NCBI GenBank assembly: GCA_050084515.1
Contig: CM114271.1
Coordinates: forward strand, 1,984,001-2,048,000
Origin: Blasia pusilla
Lineage: Eukaryota
DNA length: 64,000 bases
Direction: 5' to 3'
The position numbers were made by a program, and so were the translations under genes. The notes beneath the pieces were generated by a model. That model saw only the letters and a program-made list of their open reading frames with translations. It had not been told where the DNA came from and searched no databases. Positions 1-15,420 of this stretch are shown in pieces (within the stretch, counting starts at the first letter, position 1; each line of letters starts with the position of its first letter).

Positions 1-649
1 TTAGTTTAGATGTTTAGGATCCTATACAAGGATGCGGTTGAATCTTTGCTAAAACACTCGCACTCGGGGTATATGATCATATACCCCGAGTAATGATCAT
101 TGGATGGATATACTCGTAAAAATACATATGAAATAAAAAAGTGTTTAAGAATTAATTTATTATTCTAAAAAAAATTTTAATCATGTTATAAATAATTTTA
201 TTTTTTTTATTGTCTTATTGAAATATTTAATTGTCGTCTAATTGTCACAAGTCAAATAGAGAGGTGTTTGCAAATCAAGAAGGCACCTTCCCATAATAAC
301 ATGGATTGGAGAATTTCAAGATTCCGACCTAGGAAATTTGTGAATCTTAGTCGAAAAGTTGAACATTTTACTACTGATATTTCCTGAACTTTCAATTTGG
401 TATGAGAAATTTCTGAAGTTTGGCATTAGCATATAATGATAGAAATTGCATCAAAAATTTGGATGCAATCGATTGGTATCATGGATGCATGGATGCGACC
501 TTTTAAACCCTAAACCTTTATGGTGTAAATTGAACTATATGAAGATGAAGTAGTAGCTCTTGGCAAGTAGTGGTAGTTCAAATTCCACATTTTAGCCTAG
601 ATAATTTTCTTTTTTGAGTCTCAATTCTTTTTCATTCCCATTTAAATTA

Positions 650-690
650 CTAGTAAGGACCCATAGGGACCGTGTGATGCACGGTCACTT
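650..690 (-). mobile_element. Helitron-type 3' terminus (hairpin plus CTAG) on the minus strand
   Basis: Minus strand reads GACCGTGCATCACACGGTC (GC-rich hairpin), then ...CTAG|T at 653-649. It resembles the hairpin at 1432-1448. The 5' end was not located. Confidence 0.5.
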
Positions 691-832
691 ATTAATAGCT
701 CATGTTTAAATGTAACTCTCCTACCAATATTTACAAGACCCCTTAAGATGACCAAAAGTATGTTTGAAAAAAGTCTAGTGACACGTGTTGGATAGAGGAC
801 CAGCTATAGAAAACTCCATCCTCCAATTAGTA

Positions 833-1460
833 TCTATATCTAATAATTGGCAACCCCTTACCCATAATACGACAAGATAGTGAGACAAGAGGACAAAGTA
901 GGCAACATGTTTGAATTTTGTTGCTTTAGCCATATTAGATGGGTATAAATAGATATGAAAGATAAACCTACAGGGATTCGAGTGGAATAGAAAAATAATA
1001 ATTAACCAATTAATAATTTATTTAATATTATAGTGGGTAATTATAAATATTAATAAAATTGAGTTATTATGATAAAAAACCAAAAAATTAGAATTTTTTC
1101 CTCAATTCATATTTGATGGAAATGGAAAATAAATTTTAATGGAGAAGGAGTAGATTTTGTTTAAATTTTATGGATGGGTAAAATTACTTAGGGGATTGGA
1201 ATATCATTTAAATTTGAATGGAGGATTGTAAGAGCTTTTACGGAGGAGTGAAATTATTTCGGGGAGATGGGTATTATTTAAAGATGAAATTTTCTCACTC
1301 TTTTAAGATTTAAAATTTTGGAAATTATGTTTAAATTCTAAAATTAAATATAGTTTAAATTTTACACATAATCTTAAAAAAAATATTATTGAAAACTTTT
1401 TTTTAGGCCCTTATATTGAGGAAATTGTGTCACGTGTGCATCGCACGGGCAACATACTAG
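833..1460 (+). mobile_element. Non-autonomous Helitron
   Basis: Starts A|TC (TCTATATCTAATAAT) and ends with hairpin CGTGTGCATCGCACGGG then CTAG|T, so it sits in an AT dinucleotide with no TSD. A homologous copy starts at 42498. Confidence 0.75.
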
Positions 1461-2820
1461 TATAGGTTAAGGGAGGATGACTTCTTGACTTGCAAACACT
1501 ATCTAAGTGACATATGGTAGTGGGTAGAAAAAAATGCTTTAATAACTTGGTTGACAAGAAAAAAAATTGGAAGTCTTTGGGATAGCATGATCATTGGCTC
1601 TACACATAGTGCCCACTATAAACTAGTTTTGGGACTCCTAGGAGATCTATGATTCTTTGAATCACTTAAACCCAAAACCTTCACACTATCCCCCTACCCC
1701 AAAAACTTTTACTTGAGTATCTTGATTATACCTTTTCTTTAATGCCAATATTTTTTTTTAAATTGCATACAGTAATTTGCAAGAATTTTCTTCTTAATAG
1801 AAATAGTTTCACAAAAAAAAATCAATACATGAGAAAATAGAACTTTAGTTCTTTCACGGTCTTAAATTCTTTTAGCAAAAAATGGAGCTTGATAAGAGAA
1901 GTAATTGCATTTTCTTGCTCATTATTACATGCATATCTATGAGGTGCATCTTAAAAAATTTAATGAAATAATTTCAATGGTTGAGAGGGCATTCCATAAG
2001 GGCATTGAGTATTCTTAATATTTTACTAAACAAAAACCTTAAATCTATTACGTTATGTCATAAGGTGATTCCTAGCACTCCCCATCACTCCTTTTGAGAT
2101 TTCTTTTTCTTTTTTTCTCCTCTTTCTCTTATTCAATGTTTTGCTTGAGAGAAGAGTCGGTTTCAAAAAAGTAACAAGAAAGTATGTAGACAAAGCAAAA
2201 ATATATATATATATATAGAACTTAAAAAACCAAACTATCGACCATGTGCTCATTACAAATCAAGAAAATATGATTTATTACGTCCCTGAAGAAATTTTAT
2301 CACTTGTTTGAAACTATATCACTAGAAGAAATCCATGGCTTTATGACTAGGTTATATGACTCATATGAGTCATACTTTACATACCACGACTAACAATGAC
2401 TGATGACTACTTTAGACACAAAAGCCAAGTCATATTTGTTTGGCAACTAGGCTAACTAGGATGGTCAACTTAGGTGGAGGTTGGTATATGACTCGAGGGT
2501 GTAGTCATGAGGCCATGACTGACACGTCACTCAGATGATGTGGAATAATGACACATCATCAGTGACATGGACTATTTAGTGTGATGTGTCACTGATGACA
2601 TGGACTATTGCTGAGACATGTCACTGATGATGTGGACTTGAATACGACTCATCTAGTCATATGTGTATATTTTTCTAGTTACCACCAACGACTCCTTTAG
2701 TCATGGTTGGTGCGCAAAAGTTTAGAATATCCTATCAAAATGCACCAAGTGTACTCCATTCAGTTATAGTTGGCAACTCATGTAGTCATTTTATTTTATT
2801 GAAATATTGGTATGGACTCA

Positions 2821-3040
2821 TGTAGTCGTGTACTGTGACTAGAAGAGTAAAGTTACATGACTACTATAAAATCGGACACAACTGGTTTAGTCACGAAGAT
2901 ATGACTATGTGAGTAGCGGAAATTATGTAGTCATGTACTATGACTAGAAGAGTAGAGTTACATGACTATTATAAAAGCGGACACAACTGGTTTAGTCATG
3001 AAGATATGACTATGTGAGTAGCGGAAATTATGTAGTCATT
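2821..3040. repeat. 105-bp tandem duplication in the CACTA subterminal region
   Basis: TGTAGTC(G/A)T... units start at 2821, 2926 and 3031; the two full units are nearly identical. Confidence 0.85.
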
Positions 3041-3733
3041 GCAACAAAACTGCATGACTCATACAATTATGACTAGAGAGAACTTGAAGCTTACTACTTT
3101 AGTTTTTGAACCGTACTGTGCAAGTTATATTGATATGACTAGTGGGGATATTTTGGAATGTTTATTATGCCTTTTGAACGGTGCAAGAATTAACGGATCT
3201 GAATTATTGAAATCCTCTTTTCCATTTATATGGTGAACACTTAAGCGTTCACCTTAGCACATAGTATCATTTTGAAAAAAACGCACATAACTAAAACAAC
3301 ATCATATATCCAGAAACATGTCAACTCAACTATATGGAAGTAGCATATGAGCACTATGTTGTTATATTGAGTAGTGGCATCTTGATGTAATCAAGAAACT
3401 ACATGAATTTTCTCTAAGTTTAGAAAGAGATGTAATAAGAATGTCTTGCTACAAACGAAACATACACAATCAATTAACCAAGCAAATAATGAAAACATAC
3501 TCTTGAAAACAGATTTTGAGGGGTGGAATGTCACTAAAGAGTAGCTTCCATACACCAAATTACAAAATGAATCATTATTACATTGGGTTATAATCCAAAA
3601 ATAGATTAAAAAAACAAAGATCAAATATAGTAGGATTTATGATCTCATCTTGAAAGAACAAGAGAGAATATGTCATCCATGAAAACAAAGTTATTGCACC
3701 TTAGATAGTTGGGTGCCAAAAGAAAATACTACT

Positions 3734-6480
3734 CTACTGAATCACCTTTCTCATATGCATCTCTGGCCAGAGCATGCTTGAGCCAAGAGCATCACCAAAT
3801 GTTTCTTGTGCAGGTTTGTCTATCAAATTCGGTATCCACAAAGCATGTTCTGGTTCGAACACCTCGTTTAGATCAACCCTCACCATGCCTAAGGGAATGT
3901 CTTTGGCATGGAACTTGTCTCTTCCACCAAAACCTGATATAACTCTTGACCCAAGCACCATCCTACTCAACTTTGGCTTGGTGAGTAATACGTGATCACC
4001 AATTCATAGCTAAAAAATTACACAGGCATTTAGTTAGTATCAATTCAAATTCTTTCCACATGCATTTGCACCATTAATCTGAAAAAAAAAAACTGCTATG
4101 ATATACCTGTTTGAAAGACCATCCCCATTTTGGAAGATGATGCAAAAAGTTCACAAGTCCTAGACGACCATTTGACTCTCCACAACAAGAAATATCAGTG
4201 TCGTCATATAAACCTTGAATAGAAGAGGCCATTATAGATGAGATAAATTACCTTAGTTATTTTCTTAGACGAGCCTGATCTGATTTCACTTTCTTGCTCA
4301 TTCAAACCATTAGATTGTAGCACTTTTGTCTTTTGGCTGGTGATGATTTGGCTTGGCTATCCATACTCACGTTTTCTGCACATTATGCACGACAAAGTCC
4401 ATTGAACGTTGTAGGAAGAAATGAGTATTGTTTTGTGGATAGTTTGAAAACTACGCCACACATAAATTCATTATGCCAAGGATGACATACTTACGAGTGA
4501 TTTGAGTATCACCATCTGCACTTTCTGTGGAACTTCTCCTTTTGTTGCTCCGTTCTGGCACTTCAACAAACAATCCAAGTATTGAGAAATGAATTGTAAA
4601 ACCAGATTCTTCGCTTCAACAAGTAATTATATTATAAGACCCTACATCTAGTGAAGCTAAACTCTCTACTTACCATCAGATTGTGTAGTTGCCATTGCCT
4701 CTTTTTGTGTGGAGATCTTCCTCTTCCCTAATTGTCCAACTATAGACGTTGGTATAGGTTCAATAGTGACGGTAAGTTACTCAAAATAAAAGTCATTTGT
4801 GAAATACTCATGCTGAAAAGGACAAGTAGTTATAACCATTGAAAATCAAGGGCGGAAGAATGAGAATGGGTTACCTGATGTGAGCCTCTCATCCGTTGTT
4901 GCATATGGTTGAGAATTGGATGGCGGGGAACTAGAAATCTGGTGTGGTGTTGAAGACACATCCTTTGAAGTAAGTTTGGACACCATTTCCATGAGTACAC
5001 TAAATGCTTTGTTCTGCCGTTCCATCTGCAACTTCACATCATCCAAATCTGCGCTCTACTTCTTTTCCACTTCTTCCAATTGAATAGTGACTCTAGATTC
5101 CACACTCTGCATATATAATCCAACGATCAATTAGGTACCAAAAAACTATGGTTTTTCAATTACACACTCAGATACAACCATGATACTAACACCATAATTC
5201 AACATGATTAAGGATATGATACTAACTCCATGACCCAATCAGATGAAGGTCATGATACTAGCCATATCAAGCCAACGGGTAAGTAAAGAGTTATGCATTT
5301 ACATTAACCGTTGAACTCAATTGTATGAAACCTGGTTGCTTAGGCAACTCGTTTCTCTCCATACATTCTAGCCCCGTGCCCAAGGACTCCTTTGATGTAC
5401 GTTGTTGCACCAGCACATGTTCCTTAAATACATAAATTATGAAATTCATGCATGTGAAAGGGTTCAATGCAAATATGGAAATGAAGCAATAATGGAAGTT
5501 TTCTACCATTATATAACTTTAGCAAGAAAACTAGGGAATGCCAAGATGACTTACATCAAGTCCATCTAAACCTGCACGTCCGGAGAAATTTAAAGTCTGG
5601 ACCTTGGCCCTTGCTCGAGCCATCTTTTCTGCCTTCATTTTGCTCTCCTCGGAGAGCCAATAATTTACTAATTGATTCCATGACTCCTCATCGGTATCAG
5701 GATGGCACGAGACTGCGCAATGAGCCCCATGTAATGTCCAATAGTTCTTGACATTGGATCGCTCGGTTTTCAATAGTTGTGTTATTTTTTTCTTCATGAA
5801 ATCAAGCAAAAGAGATGATGCACCAACATATGTGTATGCCTCAGGGATATGATTCTGAACAGCAGCCATGCTGATAGAATTTTGTTTACTAATCTCAATG
5901 CATGATAAGTCCAAGTACCTCATCACCCATACCTTCAATTCATTTAGCCAAGGCTCATAACCTGGAACTCTAGGCGACGGAATACCATTTGGCATGAGCT
6001 CACATCTAGGTTTTAAGTTTTGCTCCTTCCTAATGGATACATCACGAGTCCACAAATCACGCTTTGTGCGACTCTGCCGTTCTCCTACAAATATACCACC
6101 ATCCCAATTATCAGATGTCAAAAATCTAGGGCCGAAGATTTTAAACTCACCAAATCATAATTATGTTGAACAATATTAACTATAAGACCAACTTATACTA
6201 GTAACAATTCCACATCTTTCATAATACAACAACCTATTCAATATAAATTTGCAAAACAAGAAAGGGCATAATAGTAAGCCTACTTACCCATGGGGGTGGG
6301 ATGTTCATGGATGATTGAGCTCCATTGGTCCATGGTGGCTGAAATTGACATCCATAACCCATCGGTGATTGCATCATCATAGGTATCCACCATGGCATCT
6401 GGCTTTGTGCCTATGGGGGTGGAGGAGGGGGATATGCTTGCGAAGGCATTATGGGTTGTGATGGAGTTCCATCCATGGGC
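3734..6480 (-). pseudogene. CACTA second ORF (TnpA/Ptta-En/Spm-like), multi-exon, degenerate
   Basis: ORF 6121-5531 contains CHPDTDEESWNQLVNYWLSEESKMKAEKMARARAK, typical of plant CACTA ORF2. There is a coiled-coil segment at 5046-4846 and FHAKDIPLGMVRVDLNEV at 3970-3734. Exon boundaries are unresolved. Confidence 0.6.
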
Positions 6481-7549
6481 CGCACATGTAAGTAAATTTG
6501 TAAGTAAACTAAACTAGAGACCATTTGATGAATAAAGATTAGTGAAATCATAATGACAGGCTTCTACCACTCAATTTATTACATACCAATCATACATATA
6601 AAGATAGTTGAATATTCATCCATGTCTATAATTATATTACCGCATCGTTTGTATTGGTGGAATTTCGTACACTTCCCTATTTGGATGGTTTGACTGGACG
6701 CTCCTTTTCTTGAGGCTATTCAAAACAGACATCTCATTGTGAGTTAACACAGTATTCATAATTCTGAAATCTGAAGAGAGTAGCAAAACAACAAGATTTG
6801 AAGAGAAAGTACCCTCCCATCCTCGAGCCACAAGTCATCATCCTCTTCAGCCCCCAAGAAGTCCATCTCAAGGAGTGGATTATAATAGGGGTCTTTGGAA
6901 TCACTATCTCAACAATCTTTTTGAGTCTCCTCGGGGATTACACTTTGGTTAGTGGCCTTCTCCTCCAACCGTAAACTGCGTCTTTGTGGAAGAGAAGGAT
7001 TCGAAAATGGCAAAGGCTTGCGCTCCTTCACAACCCTTGGACCAACAAACCTTCAAAATATGATGATAAAAAATTTGTCATATTTCCTAATGTACAACCA
7101 CTATATGAACATGATACACTTGACCAAATAAAGCAAAAGAAAAAGGTTATCCAAGATCATACTTACCAATCCTTCAACCCACCAAACAACTTCGCCTCTT
7201 TGGCCTTTCTCTCTCTCACTCTACGATTCCTTTCTTCCTCGTATGGATTAGGAATTTGTTGAACATTATCTATACCATCCCAAGATGAACTCTGATTGGA
7301 TTCCATGTTCTCATCAATCATATCAGGTACATCGTTCCAAGCGCCTGCCTCCCTCTGTAGACGACAAGTTAGCAAGAATAACACCTAACTTTACGGCAAT
7401 TTGAGAGTTCTACTTGTTGCCGTAGAGTTTCATTCCATTATGCCCAACAACACCAAAATTCACTTACATCCTCGTAATAGAAGTCAATTATTTGAATCAT
7501 ACCCAAAAAAACACAATGATAAGTACCAAAGAAACAACTATGAATTAAT

Positions 7550-10500
7550 CTAATCTGATTCTGAGTTATTAGAGTCTGAATCAACGTCTTCTATCATATT
7601 GCATACATGGATTATTGGCACATGCTGCACATCCACCCTAGCAGCTTCCATTTCTTCATTACTTAGGACACTAGCTCCTAAGGTACTTGCATCTGGTAGA
7701 TTCCCTGGTTCCATACATGTGGCATGGAAGGTGGGCAAAGCATTACAAGCTCCATCTAGTGCCTCTAAGTCATCAAAATAAACTCTCCGAGCTCTAGCTT
7801 CCTTCCTCATTACCACTTTCCATCCTCCACCCTCATCGGCATCTCCATAAAACACTTGTTGCACTTCTGATGGGAAAACAAACGGCTGGTGATCTAATGG
7901 CTCCCATGACCTCAAGTTGGCCAACAGAAAACCCTCCTTATCTAATTTCATGGATCCTACTCTCGAATCCCAATCTGCTTTAACCCACCGCCCTTGCATT
8001 AGTATTATGGGTTGTTCTACAATCCCATAATCAAGTAAGAGAATATCAACCAACACCCCAACATATGAGTATAAACAATTATGGTTGGAACTTTTTTCAT
8101 CAACAAATACTTCACCTATTCCACTATCATAAGTGGAGAAGGGTGTCGCACCACTTGGCCCTTCTACCCTAAAGTGGTTTCCGTAGGCTTTCACTCTTGA
8201 ATGACAATGCTCTACTATTAGGAGGTATAGCTAACGATAGTATATGAGCATCAGGATCTTTTGAGTTGTCAATTGCATCCTGTGTAATTGCAAGGCTAAT
8301 CCACTTTTCAAAAGGAATGTCTCTTGAACATAACTGATATTTCCTGTTCAATAACAATGTTAATGGTATTAGTACATTCTTTTGTATTTAATGTGTCAAT
8401 ACCAAAATAATATACACTTTGAGAGTCCGAACCGTAATTAACATAACTATAACCTTGAAAAGCATATATTGGAGAGTTTTACCTTTTCCAATCAACCATG
8501 ACCTCTGTCTGTATTATGCAACACATAATGATGTGCTAAGTTGATCATTTCTCGCGAAAGACGAACTAGAGTGCCCGCACCTTCTAGCTCCTCACCAGCG
8601 ACCCCCTCTTCCTCCCCATCATCCCACACTCGCGTCCGCACGTCTTCAAACCTTTTCATATACTCAGTCACGAACCCTAATGCCTCATCCTTCACATACC
8701 CTTATGCCATACACCCCTCTGGCCTAGCTTTACACCGTACATATTTCTTCATGTACCCTATATACCGCTCCATTGAATACATCCACCAACATGCTACTGG
8801 CCCACACATGTCCAATTCTTCTACGACATGAATCAAAAAATGTGTCATCACGTCGAAAAAAGATGGAGGGAAATGCATTTCAAAGAGACAAAGGGTTATG
8901 GCAGTCTCTTCCAAGAGTTTGTCGAATAAAGCTAGATCATATACCTTTGTACACACCATTCTAAAAATTCCGGATAATCTAATAACCACCATTCTCACAT
9001 GGTCCTTCAGTAGACCACGGATGCAATAAGGAAGGACTTGCTGAATGAAGACATGGTAATCATGTGATTTCATATTGCCCAATTTTCGATTAACCACATG
9101 CTTGGAGAGTTCTCCACAATATCCAGATGGCACCTTCAAGTTTTGAATCCTTGAAAGGAAAGTGTTCAAGTCATGGGGAGATAGACAATAATTGGAAACT
9201 GGTTTAAGCAAAACTTGGGGTTTACTAGGATGGGGTTGCAACCACAAATGGGATCGAATCCCACGGGCCTCCAAATCTCTCCTTACTTTCACAGTATCTT
9301 TCACTCCAAATAAGGTCTTGACTAGATTCTCCATGATATTCTTCTCAACGTGCATTACATCTAACATATGATGTATAAGCAAATTCTGATTGTATCGTCA
9401 AGGAAGCATGGACATCTCACAACTTGAACATGATAGCTAATATCCACAAACAAATCAAACAAAAGCTTTCCTCCTCTATAGTCACTATTTCATAACATAA
9501 AGAATAGATAATATAGAGAGGAAGCAGGATACTCGCCAATAAGGAAACAAATATAGTATACTCAGCCTTTTCACCCCAGTTCTCTTGTAGGGATCAGTAG
9601 GGCCATCTTCTCGACCCCACTCTCATCATATGTATGTTTTTCATTTGCCCATCCAATAATCTCTCTGGAAAGTAGTCTAGGCACGCGTGGTCTAAGTTCT
9701 GCACTCCCGTTGAAATGAGATCCACACCTACGGGTCCTCCATGGATGGCTCAATGGGAGATATCGACGATGACAACCGTATATGGGCTTGCCACAAGACT
9801 TTGAAAATCAGAATCCACTCAAGGCCCGCATATAGTACATCCTAGTTTTCCACCGTGGCTCTGCCCAACTAGAGTTCCGTATGCCGGGTAATCATTTATG
9901 GTCCATAGTAAGATAGCCCTGAACATGAAGTTCCAACTTCCGCCTACCTTCCGAACATCATGAAATTGAACCCCTTTCCACATTTCTTGGAACTCTTCCA
10001 CTAGAGGAAGCAAGTATGTATCTATGTTTTTCCCATTTACACTCTCCTTTCCTGGTATGATCAAAGAGAGCATCACAAATAATTTTTTTGTCTGGAGCCA
10101 GGGAGGCAAGTTATAATTAACAAGAAGCACAGGCCATGTTGACCACGAGCTCGACTTGTCTGAAAATGGATTCACTCCGTCCAAAGCTAGCCCAACCCTG
10201 CAATTCCTCTCCTCCTCGGCAAAGTCCGGATATAAGTTGTCCATGTGGCGCCATGCCTTGCAATCAGCTATATGCCTTACTAAGCCATCCTTGCTCTGAT
10301 TCAAGGGGGCCCAGTTAACATTTCAGACAACGTCTTGCATCCAAACATACATCTCATCCGAGGTATGACAGGAAAATCCCTTAATACCTTACATGGTACC
10401 GTCGTTCTACCCACTTTACAAAACCTTGGTTTCCCACATAATGGACAGATCTCAGCTTCAGCCAAATCACCCCGGAATAAAACACATCCAGGCGGACACG

Positions 10501-11240
10501 CATGGATACTGTTGTAACCTAAGCCTAGTTTACCAATGAGTTTTTTTGCTACATAATAACTCGGTGGCGCTAAGTTCCCTGTTGGTAGGACCAACTTACA
10601 AAGGAGTTTCAAAAATTTGTCAATAGCTACATGTGGGACGCCATGGGTGGTTTGAATGTTGAATAGTAACATGACAAAAGCCAAAACAGATGTTTTCGCT
10701 GTAGGGAAAAAAAGTTTGCAAGCTTCAGCAAGCTCCTCATATTCATCTCCATGATTGAATAGTGGTTCTTCGTTTGATATTCCCGGTTCTGGTAATTCAG
10801 TAGATAGGAGAGATGTCTCTGCAATTTCATCCTCGTGTATATGGTCGTATTTCTGGAAAATATCATTGAGCATTTTATGAACGTCAATGTGCTCGTCTAT
10901 ATTTGCCATGGAAGATCTCTCCCTTCCATCCACATGGAAGGTGGGGGCTGACTCCATTGTCTTATCCTCTTGGCTTCTTTTTTCAGCAAGATCATGCATA
11001 AGCCACTCCTCATCTGAAGAGTCCCATCCATCCCTAGATTTTGGCACTCGACAAAGTGCCGAGCGTCCATTTTTTCTCAAATGTGCTTCCACCTTGCCGA
11101 TGGACAACGTAGACCCACGCTTACAGTCATTGCACGGACACTGCAATCTTTTACAGCCCAGTACACTAGCTCGTGTGCTTTCCCGTTGCCACAACTTGGA
11201 ATCGTGTGCCTTTACTCTAATTGGGTGGTTCAAATCCATT
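7550..11240 (-). pseudogene. CACTA transposase (TnpD/Tnp2 family), frameshifted and intron-containing
   Basis: Collinear ORFs: N-terminal CPCNDC...HL and SIHACPPGCVLF (11335-10301); GLALDGVNPF, STWPVLLVNYNLPPWL, LLWTINDYPAYG (10304-9819); HMLDVMHVEKN, MKSHDYHVF, FPPSFFDVMTH, WMYSMER (9382-8702); PFVFPSEVQQVFY...WKVV (8194-7550). Confidence 0.93.
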
Positions 11241-12390
11241 CTAAGGGGATTGGAAGTGAATTCCTGCAAACTGTGAATTGAAACATTCCAAACACATCCA
11301 AAACCATGACATCTTGCCTCAATAACGAATTCCATAAACCACGGCTGGACGAGCTATCATCTGAATGCATACCCACATGAAGTCAAGACAAGTATGATAA
11401 GGCACATATACCTAACCTGGTTCTTATCTCGATGGAGATCTCAATCATCACTAACAATCCTCACCGATGTGGTCCAACGCTTCCAACGACATTCTTGAAT
11501 GACAAATGTAACACACCCAACTTTAGATAATGACTCAATCCTTTGATATGTACACTTCATCATGGCCCTGGTCTAATAAATGTTTCTAGCGACTAAAGCA
11601 AGTGACTAACCTACGTGAAGGCGCAAGGAGAACAAGGAGAAGAGTGACGTACAAGTAAGTACTTGGTAGGTCAAGGAGTGAATGTCTTGGTCCCCTCCAT
11701 GATACTTGAGTCTTACTTTGCTCTTGTACTTTATACACAACACAAGTTGAGCCAAATTCAACCAATTCCATGGTCGGCGCAATATGTATATATATAAAAA
11801 AGAGTTCTAATGTATGGAAAGCAAGAAAGCGCTTGTTGCTCGGATGGGTGTAGAAAGACAAGCACATGAAGAAGATATATGAGAGGAGGGAGACACTCTC
11901 ATATAGTGTGAGTGTTGACTAAACAACGTGTTTGTGCGGAGCTTCCAAGTGTCATCCAAGAAACTATTCACCAAACCATCTACTTTATCTGATTGGGATC
12001 CCCAATAGACATTATTTATCACTGCAGTAGCTTTGGGCAATGAATCAAGGCTACTGAATGTGTTGAAAATTCTGGTGCTACTAGAATGAGAGAGAGAAAG
12101 ACTATACTATCAAGTAGTGCCCGTTGTAGCCTTGCGACCATAGACCCCACGCCCTGGTTGGACGGTGCTTGAGAGCGGGATGGGTGTAGAGAGAGAAGCA
12201 AGTGAAGAAGGTACCTTGAACAATTCTGGTGCTACCAGCTTAGCAATATCAGCATATGCTCTTGCTTTGAGGAATACGACTTTTGCGTAGGAAGCCAAGT
12301 AATGGCTAGATGCTTCATCCTCATCGTCACAAAAGGCGAGCAAAATCACAATGATCTTGGAACTCCAAGTCCAATCAAGAACTGAGAGGC

Positions 12391-12720
<330 letters not shown>

Positions 12721-14039
12721 CGAGTTCAAAAAGCTAGAAGAAGACGAATAGAAGAGGAGGAATTGGAGGGGTAGGAAATGACAAATTGAGGACAGTGTTG
12801 TGGAGACGACAGCTCAAGAAGTAGAAAGACGTGTTGAACACGAAAAGGGCAAGAATCGGAGGAGTAGGAAAGGATGAGATGAAAATAGTGTTGTGATTGA
12901 TGATGAGTTCGAGAAGCAAGAAACTTATTTGAAAACAAGGGGAGAAATAGAAAGAGCAAGAAGGTTTAATTGGGCTTATAGTTGTGCCGATGAGTTCGAG
13001 AAGTAAGAAATGACGTTCATCCGGATTAGGGAGGACTCGGAGGAGCAGGAAAGCATGAATTGGGGATAGAGTTGTTTGAAAACGAGAGAAGGAAGAAGAA
13101 GACAGTTGGAAGATAGGATTTTGCATTTGCAATGCAACTGCAGAAGCTAGCGGGTGGTGACGATGATGAAGACGGTGGGCGATCTTGTGGAGGATTTAAA
13201 GAAGAGAGCGATTCTGGTGCTACTTTGAGTAGCACGCCTGAGCTATCTCATGTACCTTACATCAAACAGTTTTTGGGTGAATGTCCCTGTCGCCCTGCTC
13301 ATCATCGCCGCGTTCGGCAACGAGTAGTTGCTTTGATTCTCTCTAAATCTAAAGAGGAGGAGGTCAAAGGGCCGAATCCCTGGCAAGCAATTCTGGACTA
13401 CCTGCAAGCTCTATTCTATGGATTTGCTCTGTTGGGTAAAAAGTACCACTCATCAATAGTTGTTATTACAACAATGCATTCTGGTGTGAAGAGCGATAGT
13501 GGACTTACCCGAATTTGAGGATCCAACTCTACTTATGGAAGCTTTCTTGCTGGTCTAGACGAGGTACCTGATTTGGGCACGCACTATTCAATCTCCCTTT
13601 TGCATCATGCGATGTGTATAGCTAGGCGCACACTATCAACGTTCTCTGAGATGTGCAGTGAGAGGTTTCTTCTCAAAGTGAGGCGAAGACATAAATGAAC
13701 AAGAGAGAGAAAGGACACCCGAAACGAGAGTGTTTCTTGACTGCCTCTATCCCTGCACATTCAATTTGCACGATTTACTTAGTAGGTTCTCCTCACCAAT
13801 ATGGCTACAACAGCTTCAAAGCTCAATGCACATAATCCGCAAGCTTGATCTACCATCACCATTTCCTTGATTTCTCACTGTCGTGGGGTTTGGGAGACAC
13901 GGAACACGGGAATGTGGAGGGTCTAAACTCGGCAATACGAATAAAACCAAGAAAGACGAATGAGCCCAAGTTTTCAAATCTGACACATCAAGCCACCTCG
14001 GTCTAAACATGCCACATCAACCTAGGAAGTTGTAAACGT

Positions 14040-15420
14040 CCCACTCCAAACCTTCCTCCTCCTTGTTAACACCTCCTTTTCTGACCTCCACCCTCACCAA
14101 GGGTTCTAAAAACTTGGAGACTTTGCCCAAAAGGACACTCCAACACTAGGAACAAAGGGGAAGAGAAAAAAGTTGAAAATAACCACACCCACATCGATTT
14201 AAAAATCGTAAACCCAAATGGGGTGTTTCATTTGGGGGCGGAGCATGAGTGGTTCAAAAGCAGATCCAAACCGTTGAAGTGGTGCCAACATTTGATTCCC
14301 ACGTGTGTGCCAATTTTGATTGCCATCCAATGGTGGGATGAAAATCTATATCCATGTTAAGCTCAGAAATCACAAAACGCCCTCTTCCTCCTTCTTGGCG
14401 TCGCTTTTTGTACCCTCCACCCTCCACATGGGGCCCAAAAATCATGAGACTTCCTCCTGGATGGAAACCCTAACCCAAGAATAGAGAAAAATAAAAATTA
14501 CAAATGAACACTCACACATGGAATTAAAAATCTTAAACCCTAAAAGTGATCTTTCATTTCTGGTTTTAGCACCGAGAGCTAACTGGTAGATCTGAACCGT
14601 TCAAGATGTGGAGGAATTTAAGGCCTTGATTTGTGCCAGGTTTCATCACCATGCAATGGTGGGAGAGAAAGTTAACTGCATGATACAATGAAAATGCCAT
14701 CAGGACTAGAAACAATCCCACTCAACGTCCTCTTCCTCCTTCTTGGCGTCGCTTTTTGTACCCTCCACCCTCCACATGGGGCCCAAAAATCATAAGACTT
14801 CCTCCTAGATGGCAACCCTAACCCACAAACAGAGGAAAAAAGAAAAAATTACAAATGAACACTCACACATGGAATTAAAAATCGTAAACCCTAAAAGTTA
14901 TCTTTCATTTCTGGTTTCAACACCAAGAGCTAACTGGCAGATCTGAATCGTTCAAGATGTGGAGGAATTTAAGGCCTCGATGTGTGCTTGGTTTCATCAC
15001 CATCCAATGGTGGGAGAGAAAGTTAACTGCATGATACAATGAAAATGCCATCAAGACTAGAAACAATCCTACTCAAGGTGCTCTTCCTTCTTCTTGGCGT
15101 GTCTTTTTGGGTGGAGGGTCCCTAAATCCATAGGGGGCCCTAAAATCATAAAATATTCCTACTAGTGTACCCTTTACCGTGGACCAAAGGGCAAGAGAAA
15201 AAACTTCATATGACCACTCACACATGGAATTAAAAATCATGAACCGTAAAGTGGTCTTTCCTTTTTGGTTTGAGCATGCAGAGCTAACTGCTTGATGTGA
15301 ACCGTTGAAGCAGTGGAAGGATTTAGGACCTTGGCTTGTGTTAACTTTCACTGCTAAATGCAAGATGCGACAAATTTGTTAAATCGATGATGACATGAAA
15401 ATGGCATAGAGACGTGGAAC
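14040..15420. repeat. About 345-bp tandem repeat (3-4 diverged units) in the CACTA terminal region
   Basis: CTCTTCCTCCTTCTTGGCGT recurs at about 14382, 14730 and 15081. CACTCACACATGGAATTAAAAATC recurs at about 14510, 14860 and 15215. A weaker unit lies upstream. Confidence 0.85.

Noticed and set aside
2400-3080. CRISPR-like recurring ATGACT/TAGTCAT motifs
   Set aside because: They are irregularly spaced, in both orientations and next to a CACTA TIR, so they are ordinary subterminal repeats. No cas genes are present.
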